This document shows, one piece after another, positions 10,908-22,200 of a stretch of DNA of 25,180 bases. The stretch covers positions 178,920,590 through 178,945,769 of the forward strand of contig JANKJI020000004.1 of the NCBI GenBank assembly GCA_024626585.2, read 5' to 3'. Position numbers and translations under genes: made by a program. Origin of the DNA: Ginkgo biloba. Taxonomy: Eukaryota > Plantae > Ginkgophyta. Within the stretch, counting starts at the first letter, position 1; each line of letters opens with the position of its first letter. The notes beneath the pieces are model-generated. The model was not told the DNA's origin. It searched no databases and was given only the letters and a program-made list of their open reading frames with translations.

Positions 10908-11012
10908 CTATAATAATAATAACACATTCATTTTCACAATTATAACTCACGCCTTCAAATCCCTAGAAATTGATATAAAGAGGATGATAATTTTATATAA
11001 ATGCTTGCTTAC
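10908..11012 (-). other. 105-nt GT-AG spliceosomal intron of the TPR-like gene
   Basis: Donor GAG|GTAAGC, acceptor TATAG|GTT, AT-rich interior. Removing it joins two halves of a TPR repeat in frame. Confidence 0.88.
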
Positions 11013-11624
11013 CTCATGCAAAAAGAGGGCATAGTTTCTGAGCAAGAGAGGGTTGCCTGGATTTGCCTCGAGCATTTTGACAAAATAATTGTCTTTGTTG
11101 TTGTTGGAATCCCAACCTTCTCCTCCGCCTCTTCCACCGGAGAAATTACCTCCTTCGCCAATGCCAAAACCACCGACTATGTCCGTTGGGCTGACCTCTC
11201 CTCGTTGAGATATTACACCTCCTGCGCCACTGTATAATTCCTCTGACATTCTATAATCTGGCATTGATTTTAACCCTGACATCGTTGGCCTTTCGTCGTG
11301 TAAACGCTCTACGGCATCCACATCAACACGCCATGTTTCTTCTGATATCTCATGTAGGGAAGCAGCCCTTCGGCCTTTGTGATTTTGTCTGAATGCCGAC
11401 TGCAGATCGCTATCTGACCGAACCCTTCTCAACGCCTCCCCTGCTTTTACCGCTTTAGAACGAATTAAACGAGAGGAATTACAAGTTAAATTAAGGGTTT
11501 GGGAGGCCCTTATTGGAGAGCTGAAATCGGGCGATTGGAGTGGAATATCAATCATGGGTTGGTCTATGGAGGAGGATGCGAGGGATCTAAGCAGAGGAGT
11601 AGAACAAGATGTTTTGAGCATCAT
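11013..11624 (-). CDS. Exon 1 (204 codons, intact) of a plant tetratricopeptide-repeat (TPR)-like superfamily gene; the gene as a whole is 3'-truncated
   Basis: N-terminal MMLKTSCSTPLLRSL, internal LRRVRSDSDL, a Gly-rich tract, then DNYFVKMLEANPGNPLLLRNYALFLHE. This is the layout I recall for the small plant TPR family (Arabidopsis At5g20190/At1g80130/At4g32340/At4g17940 type). No stops; CpG retained. Confidence 0.9.
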
Positions 11625-11783
11625 CTTCTTTCTCTGTTGCCTGTAAATCTCTACTCCTCAATGTTATAATGGATTTGAAATTCAAAGGGCCGCGCCTAAT
11701 TAATTAAGATTATAGCTATATCAGAACCCCAGAGTATACCTATATCAAATTTGATGAATGGACAATAAAGCGGCCTCTCGCTG

Positions 11784-11791
11784 TTTTTATA
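11784..11791 (-). promoter_or_regulatory. Candidate TATA box (TATAAAAA) of the TPR-like gene
   Basis: Consensus match 160 nt upstream of the ATG, within a CpG-retaining upstream region. Positional evidence only. Confidence 0.4.
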
Positions 11792-12314
11792 TGTAATACA
11801 AAAATTCACAACAATGCATACGAACGAATGGTTGAGAAAATAGGTGCATGTGATCCAGCGACCATATGACAAAGACGTATTTAATTATAACACTCAACAG
11901 TTGGCGCTCCCAACTGTAAAGTCGTGGGAGAACGCGTGAGTTGTCCAGCCTTGNNNNNNNNNNNNNNNNNNNNNNNNNNNNNNNNNNNNNNNNNNNNNNN
12001 NNNNNNNNNNNNNNNNNNNNNNNNNNNNNNNNNNNNNNNNNNNNNNNNNNNNNGGTTTCCTATTATGTCTCATACTCTTTCTTGAATAGAGCCTACTGGG
12101 AATATATTTCCTCCTACTTATGTTTAAGTTCCAGGATTTTTGTGTGGAGAAAATCTCCTGGGGGTTGGAGATTATTGTGTGTTATGGTGTCCTTTACCTA
12201 CTGCTTTAAAATTAAGTTATCAAACTCCAAATTAGAGAACCTATTAGTGAGAAAATGGATTGCAACTTATAATTCAACGTTCATTACTTCTAGTTGTTCC
12301 ACACACTTAAACAA

Positions 12315-12656
12315 CTAATGAAATTTTATCTCAAAGACCTCTAAAAATATATGTTTGCTTCCCCCATTGCTTGTAGAATCTTGGACCCCTAAAAATCCCT
12401 CGATGTTATTAATGTGATATGCAGCTGCATTGGACTCATTTTGATTGCCAAAAAATTTCAAGACCTGAAGTTTCTTTGTTATTTTCCTCACTTCTTTATC
12501 AATTGCCTCTTTGGTGAGATATGGATATAAAAGTGGAGCAATTTTAATCAGCCAAGGTTTACATTTTTTAAATTCAAGGATGAATTCATAGTAGTCAGTT
12601 GGAAAGCTACACAGTGGACAATATAACACTCGCGTTGGTCTCAGTTTATCTGCCAT
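12315..12656 (-). pseudogene. DENR: N-terminal fragment of DENR/TMA22 (density-regulated translation reinitiation factor), SUI1 domain missing
   Basis: MADKLRPTRVLYCPLCSFPTDYYEFILEFKKCKPWLIKIAPLLYPYLTKEA matches the plant DENR start (MAEK..PV.VLYC.VC.LP.EYCEFGPDF.KCKPWL..NAP.LYP.L.KEA). The third Zn-ligand Cys appears changed to Tyr (YYEF). Similarity ends after ...STSNGGSK (about 12352), before the LPGGK motif. Confidence 0.88.
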
Positions 12657-15600
12657 TCACTTTTGGGTCATTCAAATTTTTTGTCAAACACTTTGATGGT
12701 TTGCTTCCTGGTACCCAATAGCGAATGGAAAGGGCCTAATAATGCCATCTGTGGGAGTGCAGAGAATATATGAACCAGTATGGTTGATGGAGCTTGGGCA
12801 ACTATACCTTAAATATTTAATTAAAAAAAATAGAGATTAGTTAGACCAAATAATTATCTTTTTTAAATTTTAAATGTGTTTAATGCATTTAATATTGATA
12901 TATTGAAATAATTTTATCAATAAGTTTTTATGATATATTAAAAAATATCATTTATGAGCATATATGGTACACAAATAAAGGCTTGACTTTATTGGATAAG
13001 TGGAGGTGACACTTATTTTAAATTATTTTTCACAAACCCTTCATAATAAGGGGAAGGAATGAATAATTTGGGCAGTGAAGAATTTTAATGGGGATAGAAT
13101 TACTAACCTTGAATAAATTGTGTATGTTTTTTATTCTTACTTTAAAATAAATTTCTCTAGTAATTATAATATAGATAGTATTATAAAATTAAACAAATAC
13201 ATTAAAATATTATAGATAATATTTAAATATTCTCATTAAAAATTTATAGGTAATAAATAATAAATATTTTGTTTAAAACTATCAGATTTAAAAAAACTAT
13301 TTTATGTTTAATTTTTTTATGAAAAGGGTTTAATAAAAANNNNNNNNNNNNNNNNNNNNNNNNNNNNNNNNNNNNNNNNNNNNNNNNNNNNNNNNNNNNN
13401 NNNNNNNNNNNNNNNNNNNNNNNNNNNNNNNNNNNNNNNAAGAGAGTTAGCAAAAATTATATACAAAAAACGTAAATATAAAATGAAATCATGAATAGAG
13501 GTAAATGTGATTATCATTGATGATATATAAATAGTTGAATGAAATATTTTTATGTATATTTTTCATTTTCTATCTCCATCACTATTATTCATTTTGAATG
13601 ATTGCAACTGTGATACATGATTGATGTGTAAGGAATATTTCTATAACCATGAAAAAACTATCAGTGAGTAGTCGATGCATTGAATAGAGAAGCCTATGAA
13701 CATTGAGACTGGTATGGTCATAACCATATAAGAGTAAAAATAAATCTCACAAAATAATATAACTTAGTGATACACTTAAAACATTCATTTATGCAAATTC
13801 ATGCTAAATCATGATCATTACTATTAGAATGCATTAATGGGTAGGTAAGAGGGTTTTTAATACCATAATAGAGACCTTAACCNNNNNNNNNNNNNNNNNN
13901 NNNNNNNNNNNNNNNNNNNNNNNNNNNNNNNNNNNNNNNNNNNNNNNNNNNNNNNNNNNNNNNNNNNNNNNNNTAAATGTCTAATAATTGTTAACAATCT
14001 ACCAAAATCCACCCCTTTACCCTAAACTAGATGAGGATACTAGGCATATGTCTATCTCTGACCCATTTTTAGCATCAAGATTGCCCTAAATATTTATCAA
14101 ATTATCTATCCCATTACTAATAGCATGGTTATTAGAAATAATATTAGGGTCTATACTAATAGGCCCTAGCTATAAGCCTTATTAATTCTAATTTCCATGA
14201 TGTCTTCATNNNNNNNNNNNNNNNNNNNNNNNNNNNNNNNNCAATAACCACTCCATTCATATCTACGTCAATAGATATTAACCCTATAGTTATACTAATA
14301 TCTATAGATTGATAGAAAAAGGTTGGCATAGACTTCTATATGGCTCTCTTGGGATGATATTCTACCCTACTACTAGTATCCCTTAAATTGGTGCATATAA
14401 AGGGAAAAATAAACCTCAAATAAAGGTTCCTTTATCAATCCCCCAGTAGCTCTCTAGATATAACTACTTCCCTAGATTCAACACTAGATTTTTTATAGTG
14501 TGGGGAGNNNNNNNNNNNNNNNNNNNNNNNNNNNNNNNNNNNNNNNNNNNNNNNNNNNNNNNNNNNNNNNNNNNNNNNNNNNNNNNNNNNNNNNNNNNNN
14601 NNNNNNNGGAGGTAAATTATATAAAATATATGAAATAATCCATAAAGCATTGATTATTCATAATTACATCATATATATCATATATATCATAAAATATTTT
14701 TTTCTACAAAATTGGTCCCAACTACTTGCCTTTATGCATCTAGCAAAGTGGTGTCTATAGCCTATAAAAAATTTGCCACCTTTATAAGATAAATTAATAT
14801 GTAATAATGCATATACATAAATTAAAAATACCTCTACTAAGTTTTTTCTAAATTAAGGAAGATCTTAACACTAATTAGGGTAAATTATGCATTATAAGGT
14901 CATTATATGAAAAAGGCCAAGTTCCCTTGTGTGCAAAAATATGTAACAACAAAAAATAATGACTTCTAAGGTTAGTAAAAACTATTCAAAATGCAAAAGA
15001 CAAATTGAAATTAGTTACCTTACTTCAAAAATCATTATTCCTCCCTATCACTTTGATTAATTATAATAAATGACCTTAAGGAGGCACCTTCCTACAAAAA
15101 ATAAATCTTAACCATAATACTTGCAAAATGTCTTTAGAATAATGCCCAAAATTAGAGAAACCCAAGTCCTATGCTATATAGAGTTTTGAATTGAAAGAAT
15201 AATGAATTTTATGGAAGAATAGAAATATGCTAGTGAGAGAGAATAAAGGAGAATGAGGGAACCTATCATAAAGAAAAGTAATAATTCTTAATGCTTCCTC
15301 TAAAACTCTAGCAATTACTTATATAAGCTAAAATATCTAAATGTAAATACCCACATAAGGTTAGGCTTATCTTGTAAGTTGAAAAATACATTCAAAATAC
15401 CCTTGTGGCCCTTAATTAAATGCCACCATAACTAATTTCTCTCAATCATTCATATCTTATCCTTTTTACTTTTGTTAGCGTTTCTTATATAATATTTTTT
15501 TGGTCTTTTCTCACCTATAATAACATAATGGTCAATACTTGTCCAATGACTAATATATTCACTCAATAGTTTATTATTGGCTTTAATCTTTAGAGTAATA

Positions 15601-15894
15601 AAGAGTTTGAGGAAACCAATCATTAAAACATTTATGGTTGTTACTGAGAAACATGACCAATATTCCAAATACATTTAACATTTATCTTCTTATGAACTAT
15701 ACCAACTTCCACAATTAAAGAAAGTGTTTATTAGTTAAAGTACATAACATTTAAAATAATTAAAATCTAACTCTAAAAGATAGACTAACCTTACATGCAA
15801 CNNNNNNNNNNNNNNNNNNNNNNNNNNNNNNNNNNNNNNNNNNNNNNNNNNNNNNNNNNNNNNNNNNNNNNNNNNNNNNNNNNNNNNNNNNNNN

Positions 15895-16248
15895 TTTATT
15901 AGCCTTTACATTCAACATTTCCTGAAACCTAACAAATTTATCTTTTCATACTGGTTTTGTAAAAATATTTGCAGCTTGCTCCTGAGTTGGATAATACATG
16001 ATCTCAATCTATTTATCTTATAATTTTTCTCTAAGGAAGTGATGATGCACTTCAATGTTCTTCATCCGAGCATAAAAAAATGGTTTTTTTACCAATTTCA
16101 ACACACTCTAATTATCATAGTAGATAGGAGTTTCTTATTGTTGTTGAAGAACCATATCACTGAGGATCTAACAAAACTAAACCAACTTGCAATATGCTTC
16201 CACTATTGCTTTGTATTCAAATTCTATCGATCATAATTCCACTATTGT
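15895..16248 (-). mobile_element. pol: Degenerate Ty1/Copia RNase H (end of pol); not in the ORF track
   Basis: Reads IVEL*SIEFEYKAIVEAYCKLV*FC*ILSDM...TPIYYDN*SVLKLVKKPFFYARMKNIEVHHHFLREK...YYPTQEQAANIFTKPV*KDKFVRFQEMLNV. This matches the Copia motifs VALSS.EAEY, IYCDNQSA, NP.FH.RTKHIE, and Q.ADIFTKPL. Confidence 0.93.
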
Positions 16249-19200
16249 NNNNNNNNNNNNNNNNNNNNNNNNNNNNNNNNNNNNNNNNNNNNNNNNNNNN
16301 NNNNNNNNNNNNNNNNNNNNNNNNNNNNNNNNNNNNNNNNNNNNNNNNGATGAGCTTAGTTCCTAGGTTAGAGCCAAAGGCTCTCTCCTTAAGAAGGACG
16401 CTCAGGATTGTGATGGCAGAGATCAATCTATCCTTAGGACATTTTTGTTGTCCTTTATATAAAAGTCACATTTTATTATATAAATTCTATATCATGTTAA
16501 TATAAGAATCATTTTTTCAAAAAAATAATAAAATAATGACATGATAAAACCTCTGACAACTAATAGAGCTAAGGATAAATAGGCAAGAAAAGAACACAAG
16601 AAAGTTGCATAACAATTGATAGGTGCAAAAAATAGAAAGTACTAATCATAACTGAAAGGAGTATAAAAGAAATGATCACTATCATTCATAACATCAAAAA
16701 TTAGAATATTAGAGAAAATAACCGCAAAATGACCATCAAGTGCTGATTGAATCATACACCTTAGGTGACTAGGCAAAGAAACTAGTCAAAGGGGATCGGA
16801 TGAAAGGAATCCATGACCATAGGGTATAGGAAGCTTAGAAGACACACAATTAAGACAAAGACCTCTTCATGAGAAACTAATATTGTCAAATGAATCTTAC
16901 AACAGTAGAAGATCAGAGAAGTGACCTATCAAGGAAGAGTCTATAGATGAAAGATCAAGCTAATAAGGTGAATCAATCTAACATTGACAAATGATAAGGA
17001 GGATAGAAGATTGACAAAGGGGAGACCAATAAATAAAAATCATATAATATGAGATTTGACAATAAAAATAGAAAGGTCTCTGACAATATACACACCAACA
17101 ATAACATGACAAAGTAGAGCAATCGATAGAGAAGAGGACCAATGATGAATGAAAAATAAAAAAGAATAAGAGAGGGAAAGGAAGCATAAGGAAAAATATA
17201 CAATTAATGTTGAAGTGTGCACCTCACCTACCTAAAATACACTAAAAGAAAAAATTAATTTGGACACATTATATATTGATGATGAGGCTAATAGAATGTT
17301 TGAAGAATCCATTTAGAAAGAAAATTTATTGTTGAAAATAAAATACTACTAATAAGAGAGGATGTTAATCAATGGTACATTATTGACAACAAATGTTGGA
17401 TGTATGAACTACTATGAAGCATGATACTTGATGTGATTATGGTGTGATTCCTCATTTACATATCTAATGAAAAGCGCTTTCTTTGATAGTTAATAATGAA
17501 TGCAGACAGACAAAATGGAAGAACTATAAAACATAGACCAGAAGAAATGCCAATGGTTGAAGATTAATAGGAAATTGACTATGCAAAAATTGGGTGTAGA
17601 ACTGTGAAAGAACAAAAATAATTACCAATGGTCCTTAAGAAATTATCTCCTACATTGGAGGATATACATTAAGAAATTATCTTCTATTTCTCATATGTCT
17701 TACTAATAGTTTCCATGACATTTAAATAAACTATTTTATAGCTCCATTAATGTTTGGAGTTTTTGTCAGTAACTCCTCATATTCTACCTGATTATAAAAT
17801 GTGGATAACCATTAGTTCTCTATGGCTACTTGTCATTGAGATACATCAACCTGCTGATTGGTTGCTTATCTACTACCAATAATATTGCCTTCTAAGACTC
17901 TGTGCTTCTTGAATAGATGAGTGGCTGAGAGGGTGAACAACACAACGATTTCAGTAATTGAATTCAAATGTCTTCCCTCCAGATGTTGTTGTCAAGGATG
18001 ACTAAGAAGTTATGAATGTCCTAGAAAGTATTTTCTTCTTGACCCATTTAGGAATCTCTTGTGAGTATTAGAAAGCTATAGTTTTTTAGGAGGGTGCGAG
18101 ACTCTCCCTAAAAATTGCCCCTTAACCTAGATCATCAAGGATGCTCGATATAGGTNNNNNNNNNNNNNNNNNNNNNNNNNNNNNNNNNNNNNNNNNNNNN
18201 NNNNNNNNNNNNNNNNNNNNNNNNNNNNNNNNNNNNNNNNNNNNNNNNNNNNNNNAAATCTCAATTGTTGATTTGTCAACATTTTATGCATTGTAAAATT
18301 ACTTTGTTATTTATTAGATCTTCTAGACTTTTTCATCCTTCTTTTTCACTTTGATAAAACTTTTAAATTTTTCCCAAGTTTAGCTAAATTATCTGCCTCA
18401 TAAGAGCAAGCTTTCATCAACCTGTTATTGTATTGTCAAAACCATCATATGCAAGCTTTCCTCCATAGAAACAAAATGTAGGAAGGAGATTTCAAACTAA
18501 AAATTATTTTTATGTCCACTCATACTATAGAACATGAACCATATGAGGGGATATTCCCTTAAGACCCCACCAAGGGGCACTACCCCTTGCACCCTATTGG
18601 CAATTTTAGACTTAGACCAAGTAATTTACCACAACTTAACTTTGGACAAACTTTTGTGGCTTAGCTTATGCTTATTGACTTTCCCATCACTATGATCTTG
18701 AAGTCACTAATGATCCTTGTAGTTCAAATCCAATCTAGATTAAGTGTACATACTCTTTTTTCTCATACACTTGTTTGAACATGGTACAAGTTCTAAAGAG
18801 TGAGATTGGGGAGCCTATAACACCACATTAACATTTTTCCACCAAAACGCTATAGAAACAAAGAAAAATAAGTAAATATAGTAATACTAGAGAGAAATAT
18901 ATAAATATTTCTCCATGATAGTGAAAATTAGTAGGATATATATATCTTCTCTTACAAGTTAATGCATTGGATTAGAAGTATGTGTTCTAGCTACTTTTGG
19001 TCCATGTTATGCCTTACTCTTCTACAACTTGTGGCCCAATATGCCTTATCATTCTTCAATCACAATCCCTAGATAATGGCATAAACTATAACTCAACTAA
19101 AACCTTAGTTACACTCCTTATTCTTATGTTCATGCAAATTGTCGTTTCATAAAGAACCTAGATGTAGGATTCATTCCATTATCACAACCAAGTTAATACA

Positions 19201-22200
19201 NNNNNNNNNNNNNNNNNNNNNNNNNNNNNACTTGTTGCAACATACTAAGTTATAACAACATTTCCACTTGCTTATAGATTTGAAAACTATAATAGACACA
19301 AAGAGTCTTTCATGCTCAAAAAAATCCTTCTCTTCTATAAACTCATGTTATTATAACTCTTGGATCTCGCCACCTTCGACTGATAAGATGAAACCATTTT
19401 ATATTCTAGTTTATCTATTCTATACTAATTTCTTGGGAAACTACCTATTATATCAAAATAGAATATTTACCTAATAAATATTATTTTATTTATCAAACTA
19501 TCTACATTATATGCATCACTATTATATACACTATCTAACCTTATTCTTTGGTTACATCCTTGTAATCAAGATTTATGGATGTTTGGTTATCAAGGGTGTT
19601 GGCGTTGAGGAAGAGATTGGATCCTCTTATTATGGTGTGTTCTTTGATATAGAATCCAATGGCTATAAGTGATGTTTGAAAAAACATAAATACTTATGCA
19701 ACTCCTCCAATCTTCGTTGATATATTTCANNNNNNNNNNNNNNNNNNNNNNNNNNNNNNNNNNNNNNNNNNNNNNNNNNNNNNNNNNNNNNNNNNNNNNN
19801 NNNNNNNNNNNNNNNNNNNNNNNNNNNNNNNNNNNNNNNNNNNNNNNNNNNNNNNNNNNNNNNNGGAAACTACCTTATTTTTATGTGAGGTATTTTTGAA
19901 GATTCTAGGATGATGCCCTTTATTATTAGGTCATCACACCGATTGTGTGCCTCCAACACTTAATTTTCTACCTCCTCAACTCTCTTTAAGACTTACTTGT
20001 AAGTTATTTCTCTAATTTAGATTCATTGTTGCTTGCAATAGTTGGAATCCATTTAGAATTGTACAGCTTCCTCTTTCTTCTTTTTCTTCTCAAACTCTAG
20101 CTAGGATAAGGTGCATAACATATCTTTGTGCAAATTAGAGTGTTCTTGGTTTAAACCCATTTCTAATCAGGTGTTTATTTCTTAAGTCATTTGAAAGTGT
20201 TTTCTTGTCTTGCTCAAGGATCATTTTGTTGGTACAAAGGTTCATAATATGTTCACTTATATCGACCTAGGATTTCCAAAACTCCTTTCTTATGAAGAAT
20301 ATTTTCTTATGGACCCCCTTTAAAGATCCTGCAATGACTATTCTTTAATTTTAACTCCATCAATCACAGTTGTTTTATGTCGGCCTTGGATAACATTAAC
20401 AACTACTCCTCTAAAATTTATATCGCCCATGAAGGGGATATTTTTCGCATGATGTTTTATACCATTATGTGGTAGCAGTCCAAAATGCTCTAGGTCATAG
20501 AATTTTTCCTTGTAATCAACACAATATTTCAAATGCTGCTAAAGACATAGAAAATTGATAATTTCTCAAAAAGCTAAAATAAATAACTAACAAAGATGAA
20601 TATGCATTCACACATCTGTGTCTAGAGTAGATACAAAAGAGGAAAGGATGGAATCAAATAAAGTAGGGAACACAAGGAAAATATGAATCATACCAGGAAC
20701 CTTCAAGGTATCCCCCTAGTATGTATCCATACTTTCTACCTTTTTATAAGAATTATCAATATAGGAGGAATTTTGAATAGAAGCCTCTACAGTACCCCCC
20801 ATACCCCTTATAATTTTATTCCCCATGCCATCCTTAATATCCCCTTAATGGATGGTGATTTTTATAATAACCCTATAAATCAATTAAATTATTACTATCC
20901 CCATCAATAGTACATGATGAGTCTACCATAGTAAGTGAGACCTACTAACCCACCTTAGAATGAATCACCATTGTAGAATATCCAACTCATATTAAATTCA
21001 TAGGTTGTTCTTAATCTTGCTATCAATAAGTATAATTATAATTATTATTTTATAGAATGTATGATCAACCATAGTTTTCCATATGGAATTATGGGGATCA
21101 ATAAGCTATTCTAAAGACTCAACAATATATAAATATTTCATTAAGATTAGGTAGAGTTATTAAAGTTTCAACACCTCAAGTGCTATAGATAAAAGAAAAG
21201 GTTGTTATTCAAGAAATTTTAGAACCTAAAATAACTAAGACTATTCCTTCAACTANNNNNNNNNNNNNNNNNNNNNNNNNNNNNNNNNNNNNNNNNNNNN
21301 NNNNNNNNNNNNNNNNNNNNNNNNNNNNNNNNNNNNNNNNNNNNNNNNNNNNNNNAGGTTGGTACAGAAGTTATTCCCCCCGTTGTGTCCTTACTGAGTG
21401 GTGGTCTTAACATGTGCTTATTCTAAGCTACCAACAAACGTTTCCATTTTTACCTCTACTTCAGTCCATATTTCTTCTTTAGTGGCCTCCATTTCATTCA
21501 TGCTCAGTGTCTCCAATTCATATAGCTTAGCCATCTTTTGCTTTCTATTTAGAGGTTCATCTCACCCATCTCCACTTGTGGTGTCCTGCACTATTATTTT
21601 CAAAGTAATCTTTAATGGACGTACACATTTGTTACTTGTCAATCCTAATGTTATTTTTGAGGACCTACATCAACATTGCTTACCAAATCCATTAGTTATT
21701 AGAAATCCCAAGGGGATGAAAAGGATTAAGAACTATGCCCAATTCTTCATCAACCATGCCAATAAAAAGGATCAAGGAATCTACATCCCCTATAACCTAT
21801 TTCTTGGATAACCTTGATGTCAACTAAGATCTTCTCTACGCAATATCTAGAAAAGTTAAATGTCTCATCATTGTTGAGGTTATTCTACCATATTCTCTCA
21901 TTCTCTTTGTTAGTAAGGATGCTAGAGAAATTAACAAATGCTTGCTATTAACATATTTTCTTTTTAGTTAAAAAAAAAATAGTTTCAAAAAATGTGAAGA
22001 TTGAAACCATTGGTGTCTTTTCTTGATTTAAGGAAAAATGTGATGGGAAAGTGTTGTCTATTAATTTTAATGCTATATAATTATATCAAATTGATATATT
22101 CAAATTTGTGAGTTTTCTACTCTATAAATGGTATAGAAAAATGATACTCTCATGATATCTCTGCATGCATGACTCTCCACTTGCACAATGAAATATTTTG

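Noticed and set aside
10947-11012. C-terminal tail VSKHLYKIIILFISISRDLKA of the 225-aa ORF
   Set aside because: This is intron read-through. Homology resumes in exon 2 at 10907.
11893-11916. CTCAACA-gt-TGGCGCTCCC, resembling an LTR end plus primer-binding site
   Set aside because: Beyond TGGCGC it matches no plant tRNA 3' end I can recall, and the upstream sequence is the TPR promoter rather than an LTR.
14489-14500. TTTTTTATAGTG as a possible CACTA end bounding the gene fragments
   Set aside because: Imperfect, with no matching left terminus or 3-bp target-site duplication identified.
17220-18155. Protein-like read-through fragments (possible transposase or pol spacer)
   Set aside because: No diagnostic motif could be recognised.
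18362-18459. Minus-strand KACI*WF...TWEKFK, resembling Ty3 gag motifs
   Set aside because: Only two short motifs in different frames. Too weak to call without an HMM search.
19900-21950. Several degenerate ORF-like stretches (20338-20532 minus with a charged tail, Pro/Tyr-rich 20683-20910, 21398-21811)
   Set aside because: Probably old TE coding relics, but no family could be assigned by eye.
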